Shown here: positions 19,301 to 27,957 of the stretch, one piece after another | Numbering within the stretch: position 1 is the first letter of the stretch | Layout: each line of letters starts with the position of its first letter | From: Candidatus Peribacteria bacterium | GTDB lineage: Bacteria; Patescibacteriota; Gracilibacteria; Peribacterales; Peribacteraceae | Assembly: GCA_943350395.1 (NCBI GenBank) | Contig: CALRAD010000001.1 | Span: 35,860-99,859, forward strand | DNA: 64,000 nt | Reading direction: 5' to 3' | Notes under the pieces: generated by a model | Told to the model about the DNA's origin: nothing | Databases searched by the model: none | What the model saw: only the letters and a program-made list of their open reading frames with translations | Position numbers and translations under genes: made by a program

Positions 19301-19964
19301 AGGCCTTGTCGACAAGAATGCCAAGACCGAAGAATCCCGGAATCGGAGTCCACAAAAAATTTCGCTTGCTTTGCAACAGGAAGTCTTCGACGGCCGTAAG
19401 AACTCCGTTTCGAATGGAATGTTCTGAAGCCGCATTCCAGTGAGCAGGATTCATACCGTGCCCTGACAGAAGATCGTTTTGGCCAGGGACAATGCCCTTC
19501 TTGTCATACGGCTGACGAAATGTGTAAGGAACAGCGTCTGGATCGCAATATTGATCACGACGTGCGTACGGCCATCCCACATCATGAAGAATCGTGAGAG
19601 GAAAAGTGTCCGAAGGAGCAATGCGACTGTCGAGCTTCTGTAATTCATGGAAGACGGTATACCAGTTGTGATCACCGTCGATGAGAACGGCATCGAAAAG
19701 GCCTTCAATATGTGCGAGTGCATCCAGACTGGTTTCCTCAAAAAATCGTAGAGTGTCGGCGTATTCCATGCGCCACTCGAACACATCGAACTGCGGACTG
19801 GGATCGATGGCAAACAGCACGCCCGATCTCATTCTTGCATACGCGATAAGATTCTTCGTATTGCGACCGGAGCCAGACCCAATCTCGAGCATCGATGTCA
19901 CCCCGGCGGCTTCAAAAAGCGGTAGGATTAGATTTTGCCAAAAATGATCCAAACTGGCATGCAC
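16323..19964 (-). CDS. Methyltransferase / coiled coil / GT-A / GT4 fusion protein
   Basis: LEIGSGSG and LIDGDHNWYTV; coiled coil ending SRSWKLTRFLR; VYLDPDI; RKNP and SLHRSEGFGLTIAEAM. Confidence 0.88.
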   Translation of the reverse strand: MHASLDHFWQNLILPLFEAAGVTSMLEIGSGSGRNTKNLIAYARMRSGVLFAIDPSPQFDVFEWRMEYADTLRFFEETSLDALAHIEGLFDAVLIDGDHNWYTVFHELQKLDSRIAPSDTFPLTILHDVGWPYARRDQYCDPDAVPYTFRQPYDKKGIVPGQNDLLSGHGMNPAHWNAASEHSIRNGVLTAVEDFLLQSKRNFLWTPIPGFFGLGILVDKALLEKKPLLRSFLLQLELPDVVRRHVQSLEEERIKLAIEVAEVHREEESSRQVSSAVQQELENMLKQEKAARRIQEQSLEQLRNEKSLLLARFGDVERELALSRFVRDSLGKEMKLLESDLHRVWHSRSWKLTRFLRVLEPKIRRLLRREKHASAVVPAIAPVVQTTKKMTFCTIVSRNFLAYARVLASSLHVQHPDAELIVLLVDDLGEGFSGLNETFTIVPVCDIPLPDRDSFCFRYGMRELHTAVKPFFLQWIFENRSADQIVYLDPDILVEAPLFSVQTALASHSIVLTPHVLTPIQDGLRPSEHDVLRVGVFNLGFIGLSRNSVTLDFLHWWQRKVTDDCTEEPNRNVFFDQRWMDLAPVIFPDVTVLRDASCNVAYWNLHERNVAWQDKRWMVNGSPLTFYHFSGFRPDTPDRMCKYDHSDRSLEKYPALQPLLQQYADALQRHGWNDTKNIPYLFARFRSGMHIPAFARRHFHMLSFHQRMRFGNPFATGVGSYVEWLHSEHTRTNSGFPLSNAHSLLWKGSMVLSRQFPHFGDQFAEWLHSSERRSVFPDVPEEFFSSLKRIRKIHSTLSVHEIFMRRNSFRWYRFCTECARRLLPRSFFMLVRSHFSMRDLLPRSQRKKVCVPRPAGINVVGSFTSGTGVGQASRLHVLAAEKAGIPLTLHNLESPFEDRVQTALQSRFTSEYTYGTTLLHMNADRLASFLRAEDPSVLTCYRSIAYWVWELSRFPRQYRFAAKWFDEIWTPSRFSADAIAFCVDCPVHVIPHPVYVSEGQQFGREHFGIGKDAFVFLFVFNCQSVAERKNPEAVIEAFKNAFSPDENVQLVLKFSNAKENPLLHARLSEHAHGHNILFLSSFFTNQQVDDLLRCSDAYVSLHRSEGFGLTIAEAMFLGKPVIATNYSGNAEYMTEANSMPIGYKLIPLSKHYPPYRKGNVWADPDISEAAAAMRRLFDDRSFASALGARAAVDMRKTHSPEVIGKLMKERLFR

Positions 19965-20010
19965 AGGCGTCGGATACTACCACAGGAAACGATTGTGCTA
20001 GGGTAACTCC

Positions 20011-20877
20011 ATGACCCACGAAGAACTTATTCTCCGGAAGGAAGCAATTGTACGCGAGTACGGACCATGGACCGCACACAACATCCGCCTGCCGAACGAA
20101 CTATGGACTCTGCGCGCCGAAGACGAACCTATGAGCCGCATCCGTTCCCGTCGCTATCTGCAAATCGTATCGGATCTTCTTCGGCGACCGATCGCAGAGC
20201 TACGAGTGCTGGATCTGGGATGTCTTGAGGGAGGTTTCAGCATTGAATTCGGGCTCTGGGGTGCAGAAGTCGTGGGCATCGACGGCAGAAAAGCGAATAT
20301 CGCAAAAGCGGAATTCGCACGCGATGCGCTGAATCTTCAAAACGTCACGTTCATACAAAACGACATCCGAACTCTGTGCCCCGAAATACACGGATATTTC
20401 GACGTGATTCTGTGTCTCGGCGTGTTCTACCATTTGCCGTCTCTCGATCTCATTCCTTTTCTCAGAAAACTACGATCAGTATGCAAGAACCTGTGCATCA
20501 TCGATACGCATATCAGTCTTATGCCCGAAGAAACGTTCATGAGCGAAAAGATCGAATGGAAAGGACGCACGTTCTTAGAACACAGACGCTCCGCAACACC
20601 TAAGCAAATCGAAGGGGCGTTGTGGGCGGCACTCACGAACGAAGACAGTTTCTGGTTAACCGAAGCTTCATTGCTGCGAGCGCTGCACTATGCAGATTTT
20701 ACGAGCGTTCATGAATGCTTACATCCTCCAGTCGCAAGCACTCCGAAAGACCGAAAAACATATATCGCTTGTGCAGGTACAGATATGACTCCCAAGGGAA
20801 TGTGTCCTCGAGAAAAAATGCAACCTTTTGAATACAGCCATTACGAAGAGGGGGAAGATCCGTTGCAAAAAAAATAG
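20011..20877 (+). CDS. Class I SAM-dependent methyltransferase
   Basis: RVLDLGCLEG, FDVILCLGVFYHL. Confidence 0.88.
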   Translation: MTHEELILRKEAIVREYGPWTAHNIRLPNELWTLRAEDEPMSRIRSRRYLQIVSDLLRRPIAELRVLDLGCLEGGFSIEFGLWGAEVVGIDGRKANIAKAEFARDALNLQNVTFIQNDIRTLCPEIHGYFDVILCLGVFYHLPSLDLIPFLRKLRSVCKNLCIIDTHISLMPEETFMSEKIEWKGRTFLEHRRSATPKQIEGALWAALTNEDSFWLTEASLLRALHYADFTSVHECLHPPVASTPKDRKTYIACAGTDMTPKGMCPREKMQPFEYSHYEEGEDPLQKK

Positions 20878-20890
20878 AGAAGCAGGTACG

Positions 20891-21601
20891 ATGAACTGCC
20901 TCCTTCGTGTTATGGAACAATCGAATACAAAGCACGGCACACTTGAATACGTCATCACCGGACCCGGACGATCGGGAACGACGTTCCTAGCCCACGTTTT
21001 TCAGAAAGCCGGCTATGATCTTGGAGGAGTACAATCGGAAGCAATAGGGAAGAATCAGCCGATTGGCGGAGGACTGGAAGATGTTGATTTCGCAATGGTC
21101 AATATACGTTTGCAGAAGCAACTCGATATTCTCTGGAAGACAAAGAATCCGGATGAATCCACAATGCCCGATATCAACCACATTGCGGAGCAAGAACGAT
21201 CATCATTCGATCGCGCATGGCCGAGCGTCGTGAAAGATCCCCGCTTCTGCGATACGGCATGCTTCTGGATTGCAGCAGGGTACAAACCGAAACATGTCTT
21301 CCTGTGTATGAGAAACCCCGCAGAGCGCAACGCATCCATCACCCAAATGATGACGGGCGTCTCCCCCGAAGAAATCCGATATATCAACAGCATCCAGAAA
21401 ACGTATTTTCAGTACTTCAGTGTCTACACGTTCATCCTGCTCTGCCTCGAACACGACATTCCACTCACGTTGGTACATTACCCCCGCATCGGCACAGACA
21501 AAGCGTATGCAAACAAGATCTTGCAGCCCTTCATGAAAAATCCGGCAGAAGTCATTGCGAATGTCTGGGATTCATCCATGTACCATCAAAAAAAATCATG
21601 A
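20891..21601 (+). CDS. PAPS-dependent sulfotransferase family protein
   Basis: ITGPGRSGTTFL (5'-PSB loop), VKDPRF, MRNP (3'-PB); start may be 20891 or 20912. Confidence 0.75.
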   Translation: MNCLLRVMEQSNTKHGTLEYVITGPGRSGTTFLAHVFQKAGYDLGGVQSEAIGKNQPIGGGLEDVDFAMVNIRLQKQLDILWKTKNPDESTMPDINHIAEQERSSFDRAWPSVVKDPRFCDTACFWIAAGYKPKHVFLCMRNPAERNASITQMMTGVSPEEIRYINSIQKTYFQYFSVYTFILLCLEHDIPLTLVHYPRIGTDKAYANKILQPFMKNPAEVIANVWDSSMYHQKKS

Positions 21602-22203
21602 CTGTGTCATCAACTTCATCGGCACGGGATGTTTTCTGCTCGATCTATGCACGCGATGCGTGGAAAGGAGGATCTGGAGAAGGGTCGCGCGCGGAAAATA
21701 CACTGATCTACCGTGAGTATCTGCAACAATTTCTCAAAGAAAAAAACATACGTACCGTTGTCGATTTCGGCTGCGGTGACTGGCAATTCTCGAAACTCAT
21801 CGACTGGAGCAACACACACTACCTCGGTGTCGACATTGTTCCGGAAGTCATTCGAAAAAACCGAGATGTGTTTGGAAGAGATCGCATCGATTTTGCAATC
21901 GTCGACGGTCCGAAATCAGCGCTTCCGGAAGCAGATTTACTTATCGTCAAAGACGTACTGCAACATTGGCCTACAACCGACGTTCAGTCTTTCTTGACCA
22001 CACTCAGTCGCTTCCGTTTCGCACTCATTACCAATTGCATCGATACCGCAACCAATACGGATTGCGAACTCGGAGGGTACAGAGGCATTGACCTTCGCTC
22101 TCCACCTTTCTCACTTTCGTGCACGGAAGTTTTGAATTTCGAATGGCATTCAGACTATCACGGCAAAAGCTTCCGTAAGGCAACATTTCTCTTTGCACGA
22201 TAA
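21598..22203 (+). CDS. Class I SAM-dependent methyltransferase
   Basis: GSGEGS, VVDFGCGDW, YLGVDIV, KDVLQHW; ATGA overlap fixes the start. Confidence 0.85.
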   Translation: MTVSSTSSARDVFCSIYARDAWKGGSGEGSRAENTLIYREYLQQFLKEKNIRTVVDFGCGDWQFSKLIDWSNTHYLGVDIVPEVIRKNRDVFGRDRIDFAIVDGPKSALPEADLLIVKDVLQHWPTTDVQSFLTTLSRFRFALITNCIDTATNTDCELGGYRGIDLRSPPFSLSCTEVLNFEWHSDYHGKSFRKATFLFAR

Positions 22204-23463
22204 CTGTGTCACACAAATTTTGCCGTATTCCCGAAGACGAAGAAGCAGTGACTCCTCAAATGAAATGCCCTCATCACCGGCAATGTTCATCGGAGCACTG
22301 AGAACCGAACGAAGAGGGTGTATGCGAAAAAGCGTACAATCAAATCCCCTTTCAGAGCTGCTTTCGATGCCGTCTCCTGTTTTGAACACGACAGCAACAG
22401 TATGCGGATCCATTGCAGTCAATAACTGTTGAAGAGCATCCCTCGGCAGAGAGACGTGAGCAGACCTCATCCAAAGGTATTCGGTATTACACTCTAAAAC
22501 AATCCGAGTACATGCGAGTCGAATACGCATATCCTGTTGCTCTGCATGAACAGAAGAGTGTTGTATCGATCGGAAAGGCAGATTCATCAATGAAGAACGA
22601 AGCGCGGAATCGACCGTACTATTCGGCAATACCGTGCAAACGTGCAGATGAATCAAAGCGGGATCAAACCTCATGTTCGAGAGTTCATTCAAGATGCTTG
22701 AAGTTGCAGTCTCAGTCGCTTCTTCGGCAATAATACCGATCGTCACTGGATTGAAGAAAATCGCAGCATCATTACAATAGGTAAAATGCGAGCTTGCCTT
22801 ATGCTTCTGCAACATGCTGTCTGCATGAATGAAGTAAAAACTTTTAGTATCCGCACGTTTGCCGATAAAACCGAGTGAGACTGCACGACGATAGAAATCC
22901 CAATCCTCCATGATGTGAGGAATGCTCCGATAGCCCTTCGACAGCACGAGTGCATCACGACGGATAAGTGCGTGAGAGCAGATATAATTCGAGCGCGAGA
23001 GAAGTGCAGGATCAAAATCTGGTGAACGACGGAAAACGTCGCTGTCACCAAATTTCTGCACGTCGCCGTACGAAAATCCTACACAATTGTCCGTACACGC
23101 TTCGTAACATTTCTCGATGTAGTCGTCCGCAAGGTAGTCGTCCGCATCGAGAAAAAGAACAAAAGATCCGTGCGTATGCCGGGTTCCCGCATTTCTCGTC
23201 ATCGATAAATCCCTATGTTCAACTCGCAAATACGAGACTCCTTTTGAAACGTACGATAAGGCAACGTTTTTCGTGTCGTCGCTCGACGCATCGTCAATGA
23301 CAAGAATCTCATGCGGCTTCAGGGTCTGTCGAAGCACGCTCTCAATCGCACGCGACAAATACTGACCGTAATTATGACAAGGTATGACAACCGAGACATC
23401 AACGATTCGGGATGCACGACGCGGAAACATCTTCCGCAGAAACTGATGCAGGAAAGTGATCAT
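22150..23463 (-). CDS. GT2 glycosyltransferase with divergent second domain
   Basis: VVIPCHNYG, IDDASSD, FLDADD, EDWDF. Confidence 0.85.
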   Translation of the reverse strand: MITFLHQFLRKMFPRRASRIVDVSVVIPCHNYGQYLSRAIESVLRQTLKPHEILVIDDASSDDTKNVALSYVSKGVSYLRVEHRDLSMTRNAGTRHTHGSFVLFLDADDYLADDYIEKCYEACTDNCVGFSYGDVQKFGDSDVFRRSPDFDPALLSRSNYICSHALIRRDALVLSKGYRSIPHIMEDWDFYRRAVSLGFIGKRADTKSFYFIHADSMLQKHKASSHFTYCNDAAIFFNPVTIGIIAEEATETATSSILNELSNMRFDPALIHLHVCTVLPNSTVDSALRSSLMNLPFRSIQHSSVHAEQQDMRIRLACTRIVLECNTEYLWMRSAHVSLPRDALQQLLTAMDPHTVAVVFKTGDGIESSSERGFDCTLFRIHPLRSVLSAPMNIAGDEGISFEESLLLRLREYGKICVTQLSCKEKCCLTEAFAVIV

Positions 23464-24347
23464 AGGAGAACGGAAGCATACATATCGGTTGTCGCCCGCA
23501 TCACCTTGCCCCAGTCGCGCCCCTGCATCCTTGCGGCATTCTGCAACGATGCATCGCGGACAAAATCGGGATGATCGGTGCACCAGCGCAAAGCTTCGCG
23601 AAGCCCTGCAAGCGAGACATCCTCCACAATCAAACCGTTTACTCCTTGCTCGATGAGCTCCCGTGCGATACCGACAGGAAACGTGACCGGAAATTTACCA
23701 CAAGCCATCGCTTCAAGAAGCGGTCTCGGCGAACCTTCGGCTTGTGATGCGCACACGAGCACGTCGATGTCACGATAGAAATTCGGCATCGCATCGTGCG
23801 GAAGGGAACCGTCAGCAGTGAGAAGAGTACCAAGACGCTCGCAGGCTGATACCACGAAAGAGTACTGCTTTACCGGATCACTCGTCTTTCCTGCAAAACC
23901 GAAAACGATCGGACCTTCACGGGAAGGAAAAGGTTTGAACAGAGCAGTATCGATGCCTTCTGGAGTATGGAACACTGGCGCCGGAAGAGTGGAAAGCATA
24001 TTCGCCAATAGACAATTCGGAACACTTACGGCATGTGCCTCGCTCAGATGTTTTTGAGACAGATCTTCGGGTGACAATCCTGCAAGCTGCCAACGGAAGC
24101 TATAGACGCTCTTGATGACCTTGATTCTTCCATCGAGAAACGGCAGATGCATACGCTCAGCAAAATAGAATACATGCAAGAGGTCAAACGTCGACACATC
24201 AATCGAAGCGATGTCGCAGGAAGCAAGAATGTCAAAACGAAAGCGATCCGATGCATGCAAAGCAATGGCTTTTGCGATCGTCTCAAACGCCCATCCCCTC
24301 TTGTCGATCAAGAGAAGAATGCGCGGAAGAGCCTTTGATGATGACAT
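23460..24347 (-). CDS. GT4 glycosyltransferase
   Basis: GIDTALF, SQAEGSPRPLLEAMACG; TAATG overlap with upstream gene. Confidence 0.88.
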   Translation of the reverse strand: MSSSKALPRILLLIDKRGWAFETIAKAIALHASDRFRFDILASCDIASIDVSTFDLLHVFYFAERMHLPFLDGRIKVIKSVYSFRWQLAGLSPEDLSQKHLSEAHAVSVPNCLLANMLSTLPAPVFHTPEGIDTALFKPFPSREGPIVFGFAGKTSDPVKQYSFVVSACERLGTLLTADGSLPHDAMPNFYRDIDVLVCASQAEGSPRPLLEAMACGKFPVTFPVGIARELIEQGVNGLIVEDVSLAGLREALRWCTDHPDFVRDASLQNAARMQGRDWGKVMRATTDMYASVLL

Positions 24348-25699
24348 TAACGCCATTCTGCCGAAGAAAGAAGATGCTTGCAGCGGCAATCCCAATCGAC
24401 GAGTGCCTGATACTTTTCCCGAACCACCCAAGTGTGATAGAAATCCTGATCAAAATTCCAAAGCGGAGGAGCGCTTCTGAAGATCGAACGACGAATGACC
24501 TCACCTCGCATCACGACACATCCGAATCCGTTGCCTCCGACTTGTTGTACGCCCGCATCGTCAAGCGCATCGACGGGCTTCCCTTGTTCATTCCAACTCC
24601 AGACGACAGCTTGATCGCGATGCCGATGACGGTAGTGAGCCGAGACGCTGAGCGTGTCATAACTCATCTGCGATGCAAGCTTCCAAAAAACATCCGCTGG
24701 AGGAATAACGTCATCTTCAAGAAACAGAACAAGAGGGGTCCGTACTTTTCTGGAAAAAATATTGTATATCGTTGCACATGCATCCCTCACTTCCTGCGCC
24801 ACCACATCTCGCGGCAGATCGGCAATCCCGTTCCTTGCGACATGCTGTCGAAGGTAACTGATGTTTGGGTAATCGCAATTGGCAATCCACGATCGAACGC
24901 CCGCACTGAATGCAGAATCGTGCGACGTGTCGAGAACCACAAGATGCACGAGAGCATGCGAAAAGATTTGTTGGTCGAGAAATTGACGCATCGATGGCCA
25001 GGCAAATGAACGACCGGAGAGCGAAAGACAAAACGTCGTCGGTTCCGTAAGAAAGCCCGATCGCATAGCATAAGGAATCGTTTGTTCGTACTCTCTATGC
25101 ATGTTTGTATCGTGGATTCGGTAGAAATGAAGTCCGGCACTACGAACGGCCGTCCAGCCAAGCGAGAGAATCCGTCTCCAGGTGATCCAATCGGCATGCT
25201 GCTTTGGAGCTTCGCACCATCCACCTGCCTGCACCAACGCATCTCTGCGTACCATCGATACGGCACTCATATGATTGCTGCGGTCAAAGATTCTCCAATC
25301 AAAAGCATCAGGCCTCCGGAGAAAGTCTGACCTGCTTCCGAAACACTGATGATCGGGATACGCAATGGCGGCGGCAGGAGCATTCTGCAACGCCACAATG
25401 CCTTCCGCGAGGTAATCCGGATGCAACCTGTCATCCGCGTCCAGAGAGACCAGAAATTCGGCACGGATGTTCTTCAGTGCAGCATTTCTTGCCTGACCGA
25501 CATTCCTCCACTCGCCACGCAGATACGTAACGCCGCTCGAGGCATACCGCAACGCTACTTCCTTCGTCTCATCAACCGAAGAATCATCGACGACCACAAC
25601 GAATGCGGGCGGAATGCTTTGCCGGATCACGCTCTCGATGGCCTCGGCAAGGAAGCGACCATAATTGTGACTGACAATAATGACCGCGACATTGACCAT
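24347..25699 (-). CDS. Two-domain GT2/GT-A glycosyltransferase
   Basis: HNYGRFL, VDDSSVD, LDADD; second domain LFLEDDV..GNGFGCVVM. Confidence 0.88.
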   Translation of the reverse strand: MVNVAVIIVSHNYGRFLAEAIESVIRQSIPPAFVVVVDDSSVDETKEVALRYASSGVTYLRGEWRNVGQARNAALKNIRAEFLVSLDADDRLHPDYLAEGIVALQNAPAAAIAYPDHQCFGSRSDFLRRPDAFDWRIFDRSNHMSAVSMVRRDALVQAGGWCEAPKQHADWITWRRILSLGWTAVRSAGLHFYRIHDTNMHREYEQTIPYAMRSGFLTEPTTFCLSLSGRSFAWPSMRQFLDQQIFSHALVHLVVLDTSHDSAFSAGVRSWIANCDYPNISYLRQHVARNGIADLPRDVVAQEVRDACATIYNIFSRKVRTPLVLFLEDDVIPPADVFWKLASQMSYDTLSVSAHYRHRHRDQAVVWSWNEQGKPVDALDDAGVQQVGGNGFGCVVMRGEVIRRSIFRSAPPLWNFDQDFYHTWVVREKYQALVDWDCRCKHLLSSAEWR

Positions 25700-25806
25700 A
25701 GTACGATCCTACAGTGTTTGACGTGTGCACAAAACAGTCACACGATCATCGCCGGGACGAGAAACACTTGACTCGCAAATTTTTATGATCAGAATCTTCA
25801 TTCAGT

Positions 25807-26166
25807 ATGAAGACTGGACTCTTCATCGGCCGATTTCAGCCTTTTCATGAAGGGCATGCAAAATGCGTCCAACATATTCTTGCGGAGAATGATCGATGCA
25901 TCATCCTGCTCCGCAATACTAATCCAAGCGACAAAAATCCTTTCGATGCGGCGAAAAGGAAAGCATTGATTCGCATGCAATTCAAGAATGACGAACGCAT
26001 TGTCATTCGGGAGATCGACGATCCGGATGCCGACCTCACCGTCTATATCGGACGCGATGTCGGATACGACTTGATCCGGCTCGATGCAGCGAGCGAAGCG
26101 ATTTCCGCAACGGATATCCGAAAGTCTCTCTACGAGAGTACCAAGAAAATTCCGACAACATCATGA
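25807..26166 (+). CDS. Small HxGH cytidylyl/adenylyltransferase
   Basis: IGRFQPFHEGH, KNPF, GRDVGY, ISATDIR. Confidence 0.85.
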   Translation: MKTGLFIGRFQPFHEGHAKCVQHILAENDRCIILLRNTNPSDKNPFDAAKRKALIRMQFKNDERIVIREIDDPDADLTVYIGRDVGYDLIRLDAASEAISATDIRKSLYESTKKIPTTS

Positions 26167-26696
26167 CACAACAACCCTTTCCCATTCTCTGGCTCACCGG
26201 CAACAGCGGGGCCGGGAAAACGACACTTGCTGAAGGCTTCGAGCAACACTGGAACAAACGACATTCCGATGAACATCACCCATGGTCAAGGCGAATCCTC
26301 GTCCTTGATGGCGATGAAATGCGTTCGACGATTTCGACCGAAAATTCTCTCTCAAAAGAAGGACGTCGTCTGCATAACCTCAGAGTCGCACGGCTTGCCG
26401 ACCTTATGCAAAGAAAAGGATTTTTGGTCGTCGTCGCCGTCATCGCACCGTTTCAAGACGTGCGCGAGGAGATCGATGCACTCTGTTGCCCGCTCTGGAT
26501 TTACATTAAAAGAAGCTCGCCAGTCGCAGCCGATCGCCCCTACGAAATACCGAAGAATGCAGCACTTACGATCGACAACGATCTCCTGACAAAGGAAGAA
26601 GGACTCGTAACCCTGCTGACATACGCCAGAGGCTATGAAACAGGCAGAGTGATGAAAAAGCCTCAAAAAGGACTTCAAAACCTGATTCGAGCCTGA
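26163..26696 (+). CDS. cysC: Adenylylsulfate (APS) kinase
   Basis: WLTGNSGAGKTT, LDGDEMR, VAVIAPF, PYEIP; ATGA overlap with upstream gene. Confidence 0.88.
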   Translation: MTQQPFPILWLTGNSGAGKTTLAEGFEQHWNKRHSDEHHPWSRRILVLDGDEMRSTISTENSLSKEGRRLHNLRVARLADLMQRKGFLVVVAVIAPFQDVREEIDALCCPLWIYIKRSSPVAADRPYEIPKNAALTIDNDLLTKEEGLVTLLTYARGYETGRVMKKPQKGLQNLIRA

Positions 26697-26705
26697 TCCA
26701 GCTTA

Positions 26706-26733
26706 TTGACAAAACTGTAAAAACATATAAAAT
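26706..26733 (+). promoter_or_regulatory. Sigma70-type promoter
   Basis: TTGACA-16 nt-TAAAAT upstream of ATG 26745. Confidence 0.6.
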
Positions 26734-26744
26734 ATACATCCTTT

Positions 26745-27929
26745 ATGCGCATTCTATCCATTGTGGTCACTGCCTGTGTGCTCGGCTCCGGCCTGATGCC
26801 AACGGTACTCGCTGCGGAGAATATCTATGCCTTTCAGGAATCGGTCAGCGCACTCCAGCAAGACGGCGTGATCGATGCGGGTGCGATTCAAAATCTTCGC
26901 TTGTCACAAGGTATTAATCGGGCGGAAGCGCTGAAAGTTATTCTGAAGGCACAGCCGAAATTTTCATCGAGCCTGAGCACCGTCGGCAATTCGATGCCTC
27001 CCCTCTCGCTCTTCACCGATGTTGATCAACGGAGCTGGTACGCACCATACGTCGAAGTCGGCTTCCGGTCACGATTGATCAAAGGCTATCCGGACGGGAA
27101 ACTCCGACCGCAGTACGGAGTGACTGTCGAGGAAGCAGCGGCAATGATCACGCGATCCTTCGGCGAAGATACGGAGAACGCGGCATTTCAAACACATGCG
27201 GATCTTTGGAACCGAGAAGGACAATGGTACACGGGTGCGCTCAGCGTTCTCATCTCCAGAAATGCAATCCTTCAAGGAAGTGAACTCTCGCCCGGAATGG
27301 CTCTGACCCGCGGAGATTTCTTCGAAATCCTACAGCGAATGCGCCGCGCCCACGGCGTCGACGGACCGATTCCGGCTGCAGTGACGACGCAACCTACCGA
27401 ACAGTCATACGTGGGCGATGGCGCATCCGCTCCACAGGGAAACGTACAAGTTGTACAAGATGCAGCTGCACTGCAGTATGCATCCGGCAAACCATTTGCG
27501 ATTTCAATCCCGAGTCTTGGTATCACTGACCTCACGGTCACGCACCCCGAAGACGCATTCAGCCAAAAGGGCGTTCTCTCCATCCTCAAAGACGGTGTCG
27601 GACATCTCTTCGCCTATCCCGGAGAAGGCAGCAAGGTGATGATTTACGGGCACAGCAGCGGCTATCCTTGGGATGTTTCAAAGTACACAAAGATTTTTCG
27701 AACGATCAACAAAATTGAAATCGGATCTCGCCTGTACGTCACGTATCAAGGAAAAGTATTCGTCTACCAGGTGACGGAAAAGAAAATCGTTCCCGCAAAA
27801 GACCGATCTCTGTTCGAACCAGACGAGAGCGGCGAATCGCTCCTGCTCTATACGTGTTGGCCGCCCGACAGCATCTCTCAAAGATATACCGTACGTGCAG
27901 TGCCGGTGGAGACGATCGCATTAAAGTAG
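26745..27929 (+). CDS. SLH-domain / sortase fusion protein
   Basis: Signal peptide; INRAEALK, FTDV..WYAPYV..IKGYPDG; sortase YGHSS, LLLYTCWPP, R. Confidence 0.85.
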   Translation: MRILSIVVTACVLGSGLMPTVLAAENIYAFQESVSALQQDGVIDAGAIQNLRLSQGINRAEALKVILKAQPKFSSSLSTVGNSMPPLSLFTDVDQRSWYAPYVEVGFRSRLIKGYPDGKLRPQYGVTVEEAAAMITRSFGEDTENAAFQTHADLWNREGQWYTGALSVLISRNAILQGSELSPGMALTRGDFFEILQRMRRAHGVDGPIPAAVTTQPTEQSYVGDGASAPQGNVQVVQDAAALQYASGKPFAISIPSLGITDLTVTHPEDAFSQKGVLSILKDGVGHLFAYPGEGSKVMIYGHSSGYPWDVSKYTKIFRTINKIEIGSRLYVTYQGKVFVYQVTEKKIVPAKDRSLFEPDESGESLLLYTCWPPDSISQRYTVRAVPVETIALK

Positions 27930-27957
27930 CGGCAATCTCTTCCGCAGCTCTACTGTT

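Noticed and set aside
21217..21597. N-terminal extension of the 328-aa ORF
   Set aside because: It overlaps the sulfotransferase; the ATGA junction at 21598 is the better start
22150..22203. 54-bp overlap of convergent genes as antisense regulation
   Set aside because: Short tail-to-tail overlaps are common in compact genomes and there is no further evidence
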